Positions 42,985-52,592 of a DNA stretch of 64,000 nt are shown here, piece by piece. The stretch is from an uncultured Actinomycetes bacterium (lineage in GTDB: Bacteria; Actinomycetota; Acidimicrobiia; IMCC26256; DASPTH01). Position numbers and translations under genes: made by a program. Positions within the stretch are counted from its first letter, which is position 1. Each line of letters opens with the position of its first letter. The notes below the pieces were generated by a model, which worked only from the letters and a program-made list of their open reading frames with translations, was not told the origin of the DNA and ran no database searches. Location: the NCBI GenBank assembly GCA_963784595.1, contig CAWARX010000002.1:34057-98056 (forward strand). Direction: 5' to 3'.

Positions 42985-45590
42985 TCAGCGGGGTGAGATG
43001 ACGCCCGCGAGCTCGAGGATGCGCGTCGGCGGAAGGTGCTGCTCGGTGATGCGCACCCCGAGGTGCGCCAGCGCGTCCTCGATCGCGTTCGTGAGCGCGG
43101 CCGGCGCCACGATCATTCCGCCCTCACCCACCCCGCGGTAGTTGATCTCGATGTCGGTGGGGGTCTCGACGTGGTGGATCTCGATGTCGGGCACCTCCAT
43201 CGCGGTCGGCAGCAGGTAGTCCATGAACGTGCCCGACTGGAACTGGGCCTGGTCGTCATAGAGCGACTTCTCGTAGAGCACCGCGCCGATGCCCTGCACG
43301 ATGCCGCCGCTGATCTGACCGTCGACGACCGCAGGGTTGATCAGCGCACCGCAGTCCTCGACCGCGACGTACCGGTCGATGTGCACGCGCCCGGTGTCGA
43401 GGTCGACCTCGACCCAGCACACGTGGGTGGCCTGTGCCCAACCACCCTCCCCGCCGTCGTAGTCGAATGCGGCCTGCAGCTCGTCACCCGTGCTCGCCGC
43501 GATCTCGGCGAACGACAACGCGATCGCCGGCACGCCCCGCACGTGCACCGAGCCCTCCTCGATGACGATGTCCTCCTTCGGCGCCTCGAGCATGTCGGCC
43601 GCGAGGTCGACGATCTTCTCGCGGAGCGCACGCGCCGAGTAGGTGACCGCGCCCCCGCCATGGGCGCCGACCGGCTCCCGCCGGTACCGGAGAGCCCGAA
43701 CGGCGTGAGCGACGTGTCGCCGTAGCGCACACGCACCTGCTCGATCGGCACACCGAGCTCGTCGGCCGCCACCTGGGCCAGCGTCGTCTCGTGGCCCTGC
43801 CCGTGGGGCATCTGCTGCGTGTACACCGACACCGTGCCGTCGGCCTCGAGCACCGAGCGCGCCGGCTCGCCGCTCATGAGCCCGCCACTGCCACCCGGCA
43901 TGATCGCTTCCTGGAAGTCCGGCGGCCCGGGAGCCGCCTCGATGAAGGTGGCGAACCCGAGCCCGAGCACCCGGCCCTCGGCGCGGGCGGCCTCCTGACG
44001 CGCCGGCCACTGGTCGAGCTCGGCGACGGCGAGCGCGCGCTCGAGCGTGACGCGCGCCGACATGCGGATGTCGAGCGTCGGGCCGGTGAGCATCTTCCGC
44101 GGGAGCTCGTCGGGGCCGATGATGTTGCGCAGGCGGATCTCGTCCCGCCCGATCCCGAGCTCGCGGGCGGCGATGTCGAGCATGCGCTCGCGCACCCAGG
44201 TCTCCACCGCCCACGGTCCGCGGTACGCGACGTACGTCGCCTTGTTCGACGCGGTGAGCGTGGTCCTGAACCCGAGCGCAGGCACGCGGTACGGCCCCGG
44301 GAGCATCGTGCGGATCAGGAGCGGGTACATCGCCGCGCTGAACGGGAACGCGGGGTAGGCGCCCTGGTCCATCGTCATGTGGACGCGCAGACCGAGCAGC
44401 GTGCCGTCGTCGCGCACCGCCGCCTCGACGTCGAGCGTCTCCTCGCGCGCCTGTCCCACGATCAACAGGTGCTCGTTGCGGTCCTCGATCCATTTCACCG
44501 AACGTCCGAGGTCGACCGCGGCGGCGAGCACCGCGACGTCTTCGCGGGTCGGGAGCACCTTCACGCCGAACGCGCCGCCGATGTCCTGGGCGGTGACGCG
44601 CGGCAGCGTCACCGGGTCCCGGGCCAGGAGCCCGAGGACCATGCGGGCGAGGTACACGATGCGAATCGGCTCCCGGAGGAAGGTCTGGGCCATCGCCTTG
44701 CCGGGCGAGATCGGCGCGGCCAGGCCCTCACCGATCGGCTCCTCGAGCGGCGCGGGCTGCTTCGCCGCTTCGACCGCCGCCGCCTTGTTCGCCTGGCTCA
44801 TCGCCTTCGCCTTCTTCGCCAGGAGCGCCAGGCGGTCACGCGCGCGGACGATCTCGACCAGCGACTCCCACACCGGGCGGCGACCGGTGAGCGCGGCGAG
44901 CGACCACTTCATGAGATGGCTGTTCTGCGTGGCGGCGTGGTACTCCACCGTGCCCGCCACGGGGTCGACCTCGGCCACGCAGCCGCGGGTCTCCATCGGC
45001 TGGTTGGAGTACCGGTGCTGGACGAACCGCTCCCGCACGACCCGGTCGGCGCCCGCGAAGGCGGCGTCGACGTCGCCGTACTGGGCGTCGTCGCGCTGCA
45101 ACACGTTGCCCTCCGGCGCGGGCCAGATGGGCGGGCGCGACGGATCGAGCGCGTGCTCCATGGTCGCGATCGGGGCCAGCTCCTCGTAGTCGACCACCAC
45201 GAGCTGACCCGCGTCCTCAGCCACGTAGCGGGTCTCGGCGATGATCAGCGCGACCGGATCACCGACGACGCGCACGCGGTCGACGGCCAGCGCGAAGAAC
45301 ACGGGGTGGTAGAGGCCCGGGAGCGGCAGGAAACCCATGAAGGGGTGCGTGAGCGCCTGCATCTCTTCACCCGTGTACACGGCGACCACCCCGGGGAGCC
45401 GCCGTGCCGCGTCGACGTCGATCCCGCGGATGACCGCGTGGGCATACGGGCTCCGCACGAAGTGTGCGTGGAGCATGCCGGGGACGACGACGTCGTCGAC
45501 GTAGCTCCCGGTGCCGGTGAGAAGGCGGGGGTCCTCGACCCGTGCCACCTTGGTTCCCACGAACCGTCCCGCGATCGCTTCACGCATCAT
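42985..45590 (-). pseudogene. xanthine dehydrogenase / CO dehydrogenase family molybdopterin-binding large subunit (CoxL-like), with one -1 frame change
   Basis: The N-terminal 640 aa are in ORF 43341..45617, starting at the ATG at 45590 (VARVEDPRLLTGTGSYVDD). The C-terminus is in ORF 42985..44493. The switch lies at the C5 run 43652-56, which is G5 on the coding strand. Confidence 0.85.
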
Positions 45591-45696
45591 CCGCCGCCTT
45601 GTCGGGTCTCGACCCACAGTCTGACCGCGATTGCCCCCGTCGGGCGTGGTGCCCGGCGCCCGGCCCGTCGGTGTTCCGGGTGCATACCATGCGCCG

Positions 45697-46494
45697 GTGC
45701 CCGTCGACCTCGCCCGCCTCGCCGACGACCTCCGGGCCGAGACGGCACAGCTCGAGATGCTCCTGACCCCCCTCGATGCGCACGACTGGGCCGCACCAAC
45801 GCCCGCACCGGGGTGGTCGGTCCACGACCAGATGACGCACCTCGCCTACTTCGACGGCGCGACCGCGACCGCCCTGCTCGACGCCGACCGCTTCGTCGCC
45901 GAACGCGACGAAGCCCGGGCCGACACCGACGACCTGACCGCGATGATCGCGGCGCGCTACCGGCACGTTCCGCCTGCCGACACCCTGACGTGGTTCGAGG
46001 AGGCTCGCCGGGAGATGCTGGCGGCGTTCTCCCTCGCCGACGCGGCGCAACCGGTGCCGTGGTACGGCCCGAGCATGAGCGTCGGCGCCGCGCTGACGGC
46101 GCGCATCATGGAGACGTGGGCACACGGGCAGGACATCGCCGACACGTTCGGGACCACGCGTGCACCCACCGCGGCACTCCGCCAGGTCGCGCACATCGGC
46201 GTGCGCGCGTTGCCCAACAGCTTCCGGACGCGCGGCGAGGAACCGCCCATCACGGGTGTGCACGTCGCGTTGCGCGCACCGGACGGGCCGAAGTGGGCCT
46301 GGGGCGCCCCGGATCTCGCCGACCGGGTCACCGGTGACGCGCTCGACTTCTGCCTGGTCGTGACCCAGCGCCGCCACCTCGCCGACACGTCGTTGCAGGT
46401 GCGCGGGCCCGTCGCCACCCGCTGGATGTCCATCGCCCAGGCGTTCGCGGGTGCGCCCGGCGCCGGCCGGGCGCCGGGTCAGTTCACGCGCTGA
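45697..46494 (+). CDS. TIGR03084-like / maleylpyruvate isomerase family mycothiol-dependent enzyme
   Basis: The frame of ORF 45631..46494 is used from the GTG at 45697. WAAPTPAPGWSVHDQMTHL signature. Confidence 0.8.
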   Translation: MPVDLARLADDLRAETAQLEMLLTPLDAHDWAAPTPAPGWSVHDQMTHLAYFDGATATALLDADRFVAERDEARADTDDLTAMIAARYRHVPPADTLTWFEEARREMLAAFSLADAAQPVPWYGPSMSVGAALTARIMETWAHGQDIADTFGTTRAPTAALRQVAHIGVRALPNSFRTRGEEPPITGVHVALRAPDGPKWAWGAPDLADRVTGDALDFCLVVTQRRHLADTSLQVRGPVATRWMSIAQAFAGAPGAGRAPGQFTR

Positions 46495-46535
46495 GCAGCA
46501 CGCGTCGGGAGCGACCGGAGCGGCGGGCGCCCTGC

Positions 46536-46565
46536 TTGACGGGCCGCCGTTTTAAGAGATAGCAT
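46536..46565 (+). promoter_or_regulatory. sigma-70-like promoter candidate for the LLM/TetR operon
   Basis: TTGACG (46536-41), an 18-nt spacer, then TAGCAT (46560-65). It sits in the most AT-rich stretch of the window. RBS AGGAG at 46603-07. Confidence 0.4.
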
Positions 46566-46612
46566 TAGAACATTCAACTCGCCTCCGCACCACGTCTCGA
46601 ACAGGAGCCCCC

Positions 46613-47941
46613 ATGGAGTTCGGCATCTTCCTCAACGGCTACATCCCGGGCCCCGCGGCCCACCAGACCGAGCTCGAGCACGTCGCACTGTCCCGCGAGG
46701 CCGAGTACGTGATCTTCGCCGACAAGCACAACTGGAAGTACGCCTGGCTGGGCGAGCACCACAGCCTCACCGAGTACTCCCACATGTCGGCGCCCGAGGT
46801 CGTGATGGGGTTCATCGCCGCGCAGACCGACTACATCCATCTGTCGACCGGGATCAACAGCCTCTCGCCGCGCAAGGAGCACCCGGTCCGCTACGCGGAA
46901 CGCGCCGCCATGCTCGACCACTTCACGAACAACCGCTTCGAATGGGGCACCGGCCGCGGCGCGGGAAGCCACGAGCTCGCCAGCTTCAACATCATGGACA
47001 AGGACTCCACCAAGGCCGAGTGGGAAGAGGTCGTCAAGGAGATCCCCCGGATGTGGGAGCAGGAGGACTACACGTTCGAGGGCGAGCACTTCACCGTGCC
47101 GACGCCCCACAACGTGCTGCCGAAGCCCTACGGCAAGGGCCACCCGGCGATCTGGGTCGCGTGCGGCAACCCGCCCACCTTCGGACGCGCCGGCGAGCTG
47201 GGCATCGGCGCCATCGCCTTCAACTTCGAGCCGATCTTCAACCTCCGTGGCCGCATCGAGGCCTACAAGGAGGGCGTGGCCAAGTGCACCGAGCCGATCG
47301 GGCAGTTCAAGAACGACAACGTGATGATCACCAACTCGGTGATCTGCTGCGAGACGCGTGAAGAGGCGCGGGCCATCGCGCTGCGCCGGGGCCGTGGGTA
47401 CCTCGTGACCATGGTGAACCTGTACCACGACACGATGCCCAAGTCGCAGGACGCCATCACCTGGCCGGGCACGCCGCTGTCACTGCGCGAGCTCGCAGCG
47501 GGCGACGAAGAAGGACTGCTCGACGGGCTCATCGAGGGCGGCTACCTGCTCTGCGGCACGCCCGACGAGGTCTCCGAGCAGATCGCGGCGTGGGGTGACG
47601 TCGGCATGGACCAGCTCGTCTTCGGGCTCCCGATCGAGGGCATGCACCACGACGAGGTGCTCGCCTGCCTCGAGCTGTTCGGCGACAAGGTGATCCCCGA
47701 GTTCGACAAGGACCGCAGCCACTCGACCGACCATTACCGCGCGACAGCCAAGTCCAAGTACCCGCGCTTCAGCCACCCGCTGCCCGACGTCGAATGGCCG
47801 ACGGTGATCCCCGAGAGCGCGCTCGCGCAGCTCTCAGCCGCGCGCCGCCACCCACCGTGCCGCGCGATTCCACCGCCACGAAGGAACGGCTGCTCCGCGA
47901 AGCGGAGCGGCTGTTCGCGCGGCGCGGCCTCTACCAGGTGA
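46613..47941 (+). CDS. LLM class flavin-dependent oxidoreductase (luciferase-like monooxygenase)
   Basis: 442 aa (MEFGIFLNGY..., EWGTGRGAG). The last 35-40 residues are Arg-rich and overlap the TetR gene, so the 3' end is doubtful. Confidence 0.8.
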   Translation: MEFGIFLNGYIPGPAAHQTELEHVALSREAEYVIFADKHNWKYAWLGEHHSLTEYSHMSAPEVVMGFIAAQTDYIHLSTGINSLSPRKEHPVRYAERAAMLDHFTNNRFEWGTGRGAGSHELASFNIMDKDSTKAEWEEVVKEIPRMWEQEDYTFEGEHFTVPTPHNVLPKPYGKGHPAIWVACGNPPTFGRAGELGIGAIAFNFEPIFNLRGRIEAYKEGVAKCTEPIGQFKNDNVMITNSVICCETREEARAIALRRGRGYLVTMVNLYHDTMPKSQDAITWPGTPLSLRELAAGDEEGLLDGLIEGGYLLCGTPDEVSEQIAAWGDVGMDQLVFGLPIEGMHHDEVLACLELFGDKVIPEFDKDRSHSTDHYRATAKSKYPRFSHPLPDVEWPTVIPESALAQLSAARRHPPCRAIPPPRRNGCSAKRSGCSRGAASTR

Positions 47942-48513
47942 CAGTACGCGAGATCACCGAAGCAGCGGAGCAGCGCAACGTCTCGGCACTCAACTACCAC
48001 TTCGGCTCCCGGGAAGGGCTCCTGGACGCGATCCTCACCCGTCACGGCGACCCCACCGACGTGGCCCGGGGCGAGATGCTGGCACTCGTCGGCCACGATG
48101 CCGCGTCGCGCGACCTGATCGCGGCGCTGGTCGTGCCCTACGCCGCGCACCTGGCGCGTCCCGACGGCCGCGACTACCTGCGCATCGTGGCGCAGCTGTC
48201 GGCGCGGTTCAGCACCTGGCGCGAGGCCGTGCCCGGGACCGGGCCCTACCTGCGCGAGATCCTCGGCATCCTCGAGGGGCGTCCGGCCGACGTCGCGCCC
48301 GCGGTTCGCCGGGAACGGGTCGTCGAGCTCATCATGCTGATGACCGTGGCCATGGCCGAGCGGGCACGGGCGATGGAGTCGCCGCGCCGGACGCCCGAGC
48401 TCGACGAGTCCACGTTCGTCGAGAACCTCACCGACGTGCTCGTCGGTGTGCTCGAGGCGCCGGTGCGCGGCGCCCTCCCCGTCGCGTCAGCCGGAGCTCC
48501 AGGCGACCGGTAG
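47794..48513 (+). CDS. TetR/AcrR family transcriptional regulator
   Basis: HTH region TKERLLREAERLFARRGLYQVTVREITEAAEQRNVSALNYHFGSREGL. An alternative GTG start lies at 47857. Confidence 0.8.
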   Translation: MADGDPRERARAALSRAPPPTVPRDSTATKERLLREAERLFARRGLYQVTVREITEAAEQRNVSALNYHFGSREGLLDAILTRHGDPTDVARGEMLALVGHDAASRDLIAALVVPYAAHLARPDGRDYLRIVAQLSARFSTWREAVPGTGPYLREILGILEGRPADVAPAVRRERVVELIMLMTVAMAERARAMESPRRTPELDESTFVENLTDVLVGVLEAPVRGALPVASAGAPGDR

Positions 48514-49716
48514 CCGCTTGATCCCGTTGATCTGGCGCATTGCGACCCGCTCGGGCTCCGCCGTGACCTGCAGGCCCGGGAACCGGCGGTAGAGCTCCTC
48601 GAGCGCGATGCGGATCTCCATGCGCGCGAGGTGCGCGCCCAGGCAGAAGTGCGGGCCGCCGGCGCCGTAGCCGAGGTGGTCGTTCGGATCGCGGGTCACG
48701 TCGAACCGCTCCGGGTCGTCGAACACGGTCTCGTCGTGGTTCGCCGAGCGGTACCAGACGACGACCCGGTCCCCCTCGGCGAGCGGCTGACCGGCCAGCT
48801 CGGTGTCGCGTGCGACGTTGCGCCGCATGTGCATCACCGGGCTCGCGAAGCGCACGATCTCCTCGACCGCGGTCGGGGACACGGTCTCTGGATCGGCGAG
48901 CAACGCCACGCGCTGGTCGGGATGCTGGTCGAGCAACCACACCCCGTGGGCGATGCCGTTGCGCGACGTCTCGCTCCCGGCCGCGGCCAACGTCGAGAAG
49001 AAGCGCGCGTAGTCGCCGGGCCGGAGGCGGTGGCGCTCACCGTCCTCGTCCTCCACCTCGGCGTGCACGAGGACGGTGGTGATGTCCTCGGCGGGTTCGT
49101 CCAGACGCCGGCCGCCCAGTTCGTGCGCGTACGCGCCCAGCTCCTCCATCACGCGGATGCGCTCGCTGATCGGCAAGGACGTGTTGGGATCACTCGCCCC
49201 GAACACGCGCACGAGACAGTCGAGCAACCACGGTTCGTCGGATTCGGGGACCCCGAGGAGACCGCAGATCACCTGGAGTGGCAACAGGACGGCATACGCC
49301 CCAACCAGCTCGCACTCGTCGTCAGCGGCGATGACATCGACGAGCTCGATCGCACACGCGCGGACATCCTCGGTCATGCGCTCGACCATGCGGGGCGTGA
49401 AGCCCTTGTTCACGATCAGGCGGAGGCGGGTGTGTTCCGGCGGGTCGAGGTGCAGGATGCTGTTGCCCGAGCGCTCGTAGTCCTCGATCGTCATGTTGGG
49501 CGCGTTGGCGTACGTGGCGAAGTCGCGAGACACCGCCCTGACGTCCTCGTAGCGCGTGATCGACCAGAAGTCAGGCCCCGGCGGCTGACCGAGGTCGCGC
49601 GTGCGGTGCACCGGCGACTCGGCCCGGAGGCGGGCGAAGGCGATGTCGACGTCGGGCCGCAGGAAGAACCGAGGGTCGCCGAGCTGGATCTCGTCGATCG
49701 GGGGCGCGTCGGGCAT
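48487..49716 (-). CDS. cytochrome P450
   Basis: I-helix AAGSETS, ExxR (EEIVR), and heme loop GAGGPHFCLGAHLAR. Confidence 0.9.
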   Translation of the reverse strand: MPDAPPIDEIQLGDPRFFLRPDVDIAFARLRAESPVHRTRDLGQPPGPDFWSITRYEDVRAVSRDFATYANAPNMTIEDYERSGNSILHLDPPEHTRLRLIVNKGFTPRMVERMTEDVRACAIELVDVIAADDECELVGAYAVLLPLQVICGLLGVPESDEPWLLDCLVRVFGASDPNTSLPISERIRVMEELGAYAHELGGRRLDEPAEDITTVLVHAEVEDEDGERHRLRPGDYARFFSTLAAAGSETSRNGIAHGVWLLDQHPDQRVALLADPETVSPTAVEEIVRFASPVMHMRRNVARDTELAGQPLAEGDRVVVWYRSANHDETVFDDPERFDVTRDPNDHLGYGAGGPHFCLGAHLARMEIRIALEELYRRFPGLQVTAEPERVAMRQINGIKRLPVAWSSG

Positions 49717-49819
49717 CGCCACGGTCTACCGCAGTTCCCCGCCTCCGCGGCGGTGGCGCAATTGGGCGGGGTACGAATATCCTGCGCTCCCACTGGTCCA
49801 ACGCACACCGGGGGTACCG

Positions 49820-51131
49820 ATGGCAACGCACGAACGGGTCGTCGTCGAGTTCGACCAGCACACGCCCGAATACCGCGAGACCTACCCCGCGAAGGCGCAC
49901 GAGCTGCGCGAGCAGTGCCCGGTCGTGTGGAGCACCGAGCACGACGGCTTCTGGGTCGTCACCGGTCACGACGCCCTCGAGCGCGCTCTCGAAGCGGGCC
50001 GACCTGCTGTCGAACGACCACGACCCCGACGGCGAGCGCAACGGGTACGACGGCATCTCGATCCCGGCACGTGGCACCACGCGCGGCGGCTTCATCGAAA
50101 TGGACCCACCCGAGCAGTCCGAGTACCGCCGCGTGCTCAACCCGTTCCTCTCTCCTGCCGCGGTCATGCAGTGGGAGCCGCTGATCGCCGACTTCACCCG
50201 GGCCTGCATCGACGACGTCATCGAGACCGGCCGCCTCGACTTCGTCGACGACTTCGCCAACATCGTGCCCGCAATCCTCACCATGGCGATGCTCGGTCTG
50301 CCGCTCGGCGACTGGGAGATCTACTGCGAGCCGGCGCACATGCAGGTGTACACGCCGCCCAACAGCCCGAACTTCGACCGCATGCTCGAGTCGACCTTCC
50401 GCATGGTCGAGCGGCTGGCCGAGTACGTGCAGATCCGCAAGTCCGAACCCCGCCCGGGCATGATCACGGCGCTGCTCAACGCCGAGGTGATGGGCGAGTT
50501 CCTCCCCGACGAGGGCATCATCGGCACCGTCAGCCTGCTCATCGGCGGCGGGTTCGACACCACCACGTCGCTCCTCGCGGGGGCGCTCGACTGGCTCGAC
50601 ACGCGCGTCGGCGAGCGCGTGCGGCTGGTCGACGACACCGGCTACATGAACACCGCGACCGAGGAATTCCTCCGGCACTTCACCCCCGCGCAGGGCGGGG
50701 GGCGCACCATCACGCAGGACTGCGAGGTCTTGGGTTACACGTTCTCCGAAGGCGACCGCATGTTCCTGTCGTACGCCATGTGCAATCACGATCCGTCCGC
50801 GTTCCCCGACCCGGACGAGATCGTGCTCGACCGGTTCCCGAACCCGCACGCCGCGTTCGGGCTCGGAGTGCACCGCTGCATCGGCTCGAACCTCGCCCGG
50901 CTCGACTTCAAGCACATGCTGCGCGAGGCGCTCCGGCGCATGCCCGACTACCGCATCGACCAGAGCGGCAAGGAGCAGTACGAGTCGATCGGCGTGATCA
51001 ACGGCTTCAAGCACCTGCCGGCGACGTTCACACCCGGCGACCGCGAGGGCCCGCCGCTCGCCGAGGTGCTCGAGTCATGGCAGGCGAAGCTCGACGCCGA
51101 ACCGGCCCCCGAGAACCTCCGAGGAGCCTGA
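49820..51131 (+). pseudogene. cytochrome P450, with one +1 frame change
   Basis: The N-terminal 59 codons are in the frame of ORF 49601..51328 (MATHERVVVEFDQHTPEYRE...). The rest is in the frame of ORF 50100..51131 (ADLLSNDHDPDG...GGGFDTTTS...FGLGVHRCIGSNLAR). The switch lies at GGG 49996-98. Confidence 0.85.
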
Positions 51132-51133
51132 TC

Positions 51134-51328
51134 GTGCGCGTCGTCGTCGACCCCGAACTCTGCCAGGGCCACACGCTCTGCAACATGGCCGCACCGGAGA
51201 TCTTCCACCTCCGCGAGGAGGACGGTCACGCGTACGTCGTCGTCGACGTGCTGACGCCGGACCAGGAGCCCCTCGCCCGCAAAGCCGAGCTCGGCTGCCC
51301 CGAACGCGCCATCACCGTCGAAGACTGA
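51134..51328 (+). CDS. ferredoxin (single-cluster, CxxHxxC...CP type, probably 3Fe-4S)
   Basis: GTG at 51134 lies 2 nt after the P450 stop, with RBS GAGGAG. Sequence VRVVVDPELCQGHTLCNMAAPEIF...AELGCPERAITVED. Confidence 0.8.
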   Translation: MRVVVDPELCQGHTLCNMAAPEIFHLREEDGHAYVVVDVLTPDQEPLARKAELGCPERAITVED

Positions 51329-51368
51329 CCCCGCCCCCACCCCACCCCACCCCATTCCACCCCACCCC
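51329..51368. repeat. C-tract repeat, approximately (CCCCA)n. The complementary strand reads as TGGGG repeats with G-quadruplex potential.
   Basis: Seven tracts of at least 4 C within 40 nt, read directly from the sequence. Confidence 0.9.
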
Positions 51369-51415
51369 AACCGGCGTCAAAGTCCGACAACTATTCGCTC
51401 ACTTTGACGCCGGTT
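51369..51415. terminator. bidirectional terminator candidate: perfect 15-bp stem with a 17-nt loop between convergent genes
   Basis: AACCGGCGTCAAAGT (51369-83) pairs with ACTTTGACGCCGGTT (51401-15). It is flanked by C-tracts on the left and G-tracts on the right (51427-53). Confidence 0.6.
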
Positions 51416-51443
51416 CGTGAGGTCGTGGGGGGTCGGGGTCGGG

Positions 51444-52592
51444 TCAGAGGGGGTCGCCCATGCGGGCGAAGCACTGCTCGACGTTGGCGCCCATGAACGA
51501 CGCGCGCAGGTCGGCCGCGAGGTCGTCGAGCGCGGGGCGGTAGAGGTTGATCGGGTCGGCGTTGCCCTCCTGGTGCGGGTAGTCCGACGACCACACCACG
51601 GTCTCGGGGAGCTCGGCGAGCACGTCGAGCGCGTCGACGTCGCCGAAGCCGGGGAGCGGGGTGACGCGCACGCCACGGCGCAGCATGTCGCCGCCGGAGA
51701 CCTCCCACGGCCAGTCCCCCAACGCGGGCGACGACACCGACTGGCGCTCGAGCATCTGCAGGAACGGCGGCACCCAGCCCACGCGCATCTCCTCCAGCAT
51801 CACCGTGAGCGTGGGGTGACGCGCGAAGACGCCGCCGTAGAGCAGGGCCGACAGCAGATTCTGCGCCGCGTGGGTGCGCTGCGTGTTGGCGAGACGGGTC
51901 AGGCCGGCGACACCGGCACCGTCGGGCAGGTTCCAGCCGATGTCGGCCCACCCGGTGAAGTCCGACGCGGTGTTACCCACGTGGATCACCGCCACCATCC
52001 CGAGGCGGGTCGCGGCCGACCACACGCGGTCCCACGAGGGGTGCCCGGGTGACACGCCGCCCGACGGCCGTCCGTTGTCGGTGGTGAGGAAGAACGCGCG
52101 TGCGCCGCGCGCACGGGCGCGCCCCAGCTCCTCCGCCGCGACACCGAGGTCGGTGAAGTCGACGATGGCGACGGGATGCAGCCGCGCCGACTCCGACGAC
52201 AGCTGCTCACCGAGGAAGTCGTTGCACCGGCGCACGGCCGCGGGCCGTTCCGCGCCGATGAACTCGAGCTGCTGCCAGTAACCGCCCGGGTTCACCAGGC
52301 AGTGGTCGATGCCGATGCGGTCCATCCACGCGACCCGTTCCGCGGGCGACGAGTCGTGCAGCGGATGGAGGATGATCGGGCCGCCGCGGTCCTGCGCCAT
52401 CCTCACCAGGTTCGGGAGCAGCTCCATCGCGGTCGGCCGGTCGGCGTCGGGGACGGCGCGCAGCAGGTCGCCCGCGATCCCGAACGCCAGCATGTCGAGG
52501 CTGCCGGGCAGCTGGTCCCGCCAGGGTGCGAGCGGGAACTCGTCGCTGGCGTAGCTCGTCGCCTCCCAGTGGGTGTCCACGTCGACGATCAT
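51444..52592 (-). CDS. amidohydrolase family protein (amidohydrolase_2)
   Basis: 382 aa. Starts MIVDVDTHWE and ends near SSDYPHQEG. ATGA overlap with the upstream gene. Confidence 0.85.
   Translation of the reverse strand: MIVDVDTHWEATSYASDEFPLAPWRDQLPGSLDMLAFGIAGDLLRAVPDADRPTAMELLPNLVRMAQDRGGPIILHPLHDSSPAERVAWMDRIGIDHCLVNPGGYWQQLEFIGAERPAAVRRCNDFLGEQLSSESARLHPVAIVDFTDLGVAAEELGRARARGARAFFLTTDNGRPSGGVSPGHPSWDRVWSAATRLGMVAVIHVGNTASDFTGWADIGWNLPDGAGVAGLTRLANTQRTHAAQNLLSALLYGGVFARHPTLTVMLEEMRVGWVPPFLQMLERQSVSSPALGDWPWEVSGGDMLRRGVRVTPLPGFGDVDALDVLAELPETVVWSSDYPHQEGNADPINLYRPALDDLAADLRASFMGANVEQCFARMGDPL

Noticed and set aside
22560-46494. Selenocysteine recoding: in-frame TGA codons in genes near selD or in the CoxL-like gene.
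   Set aside because: All frame interruptions I traced are explained by 1-nt indels, not by single in-frame TGA codons flanked by continuous homology. I noticed no SECIS-like hairpin.
50948-51370. ORF 50948..51370 (-) beginning MGWGGMGWGGVGAGS, and the TGGGG repeats as a telomere-like or coding repeat.
   Set aside because: The ORF is mostly antisense to the P450 and ferredoxin genes, and its repeat-encoded N-terminus is simply the translated C-tract element. There is no evidence of a chromosome end. I report it as a non-coding structural element instead.
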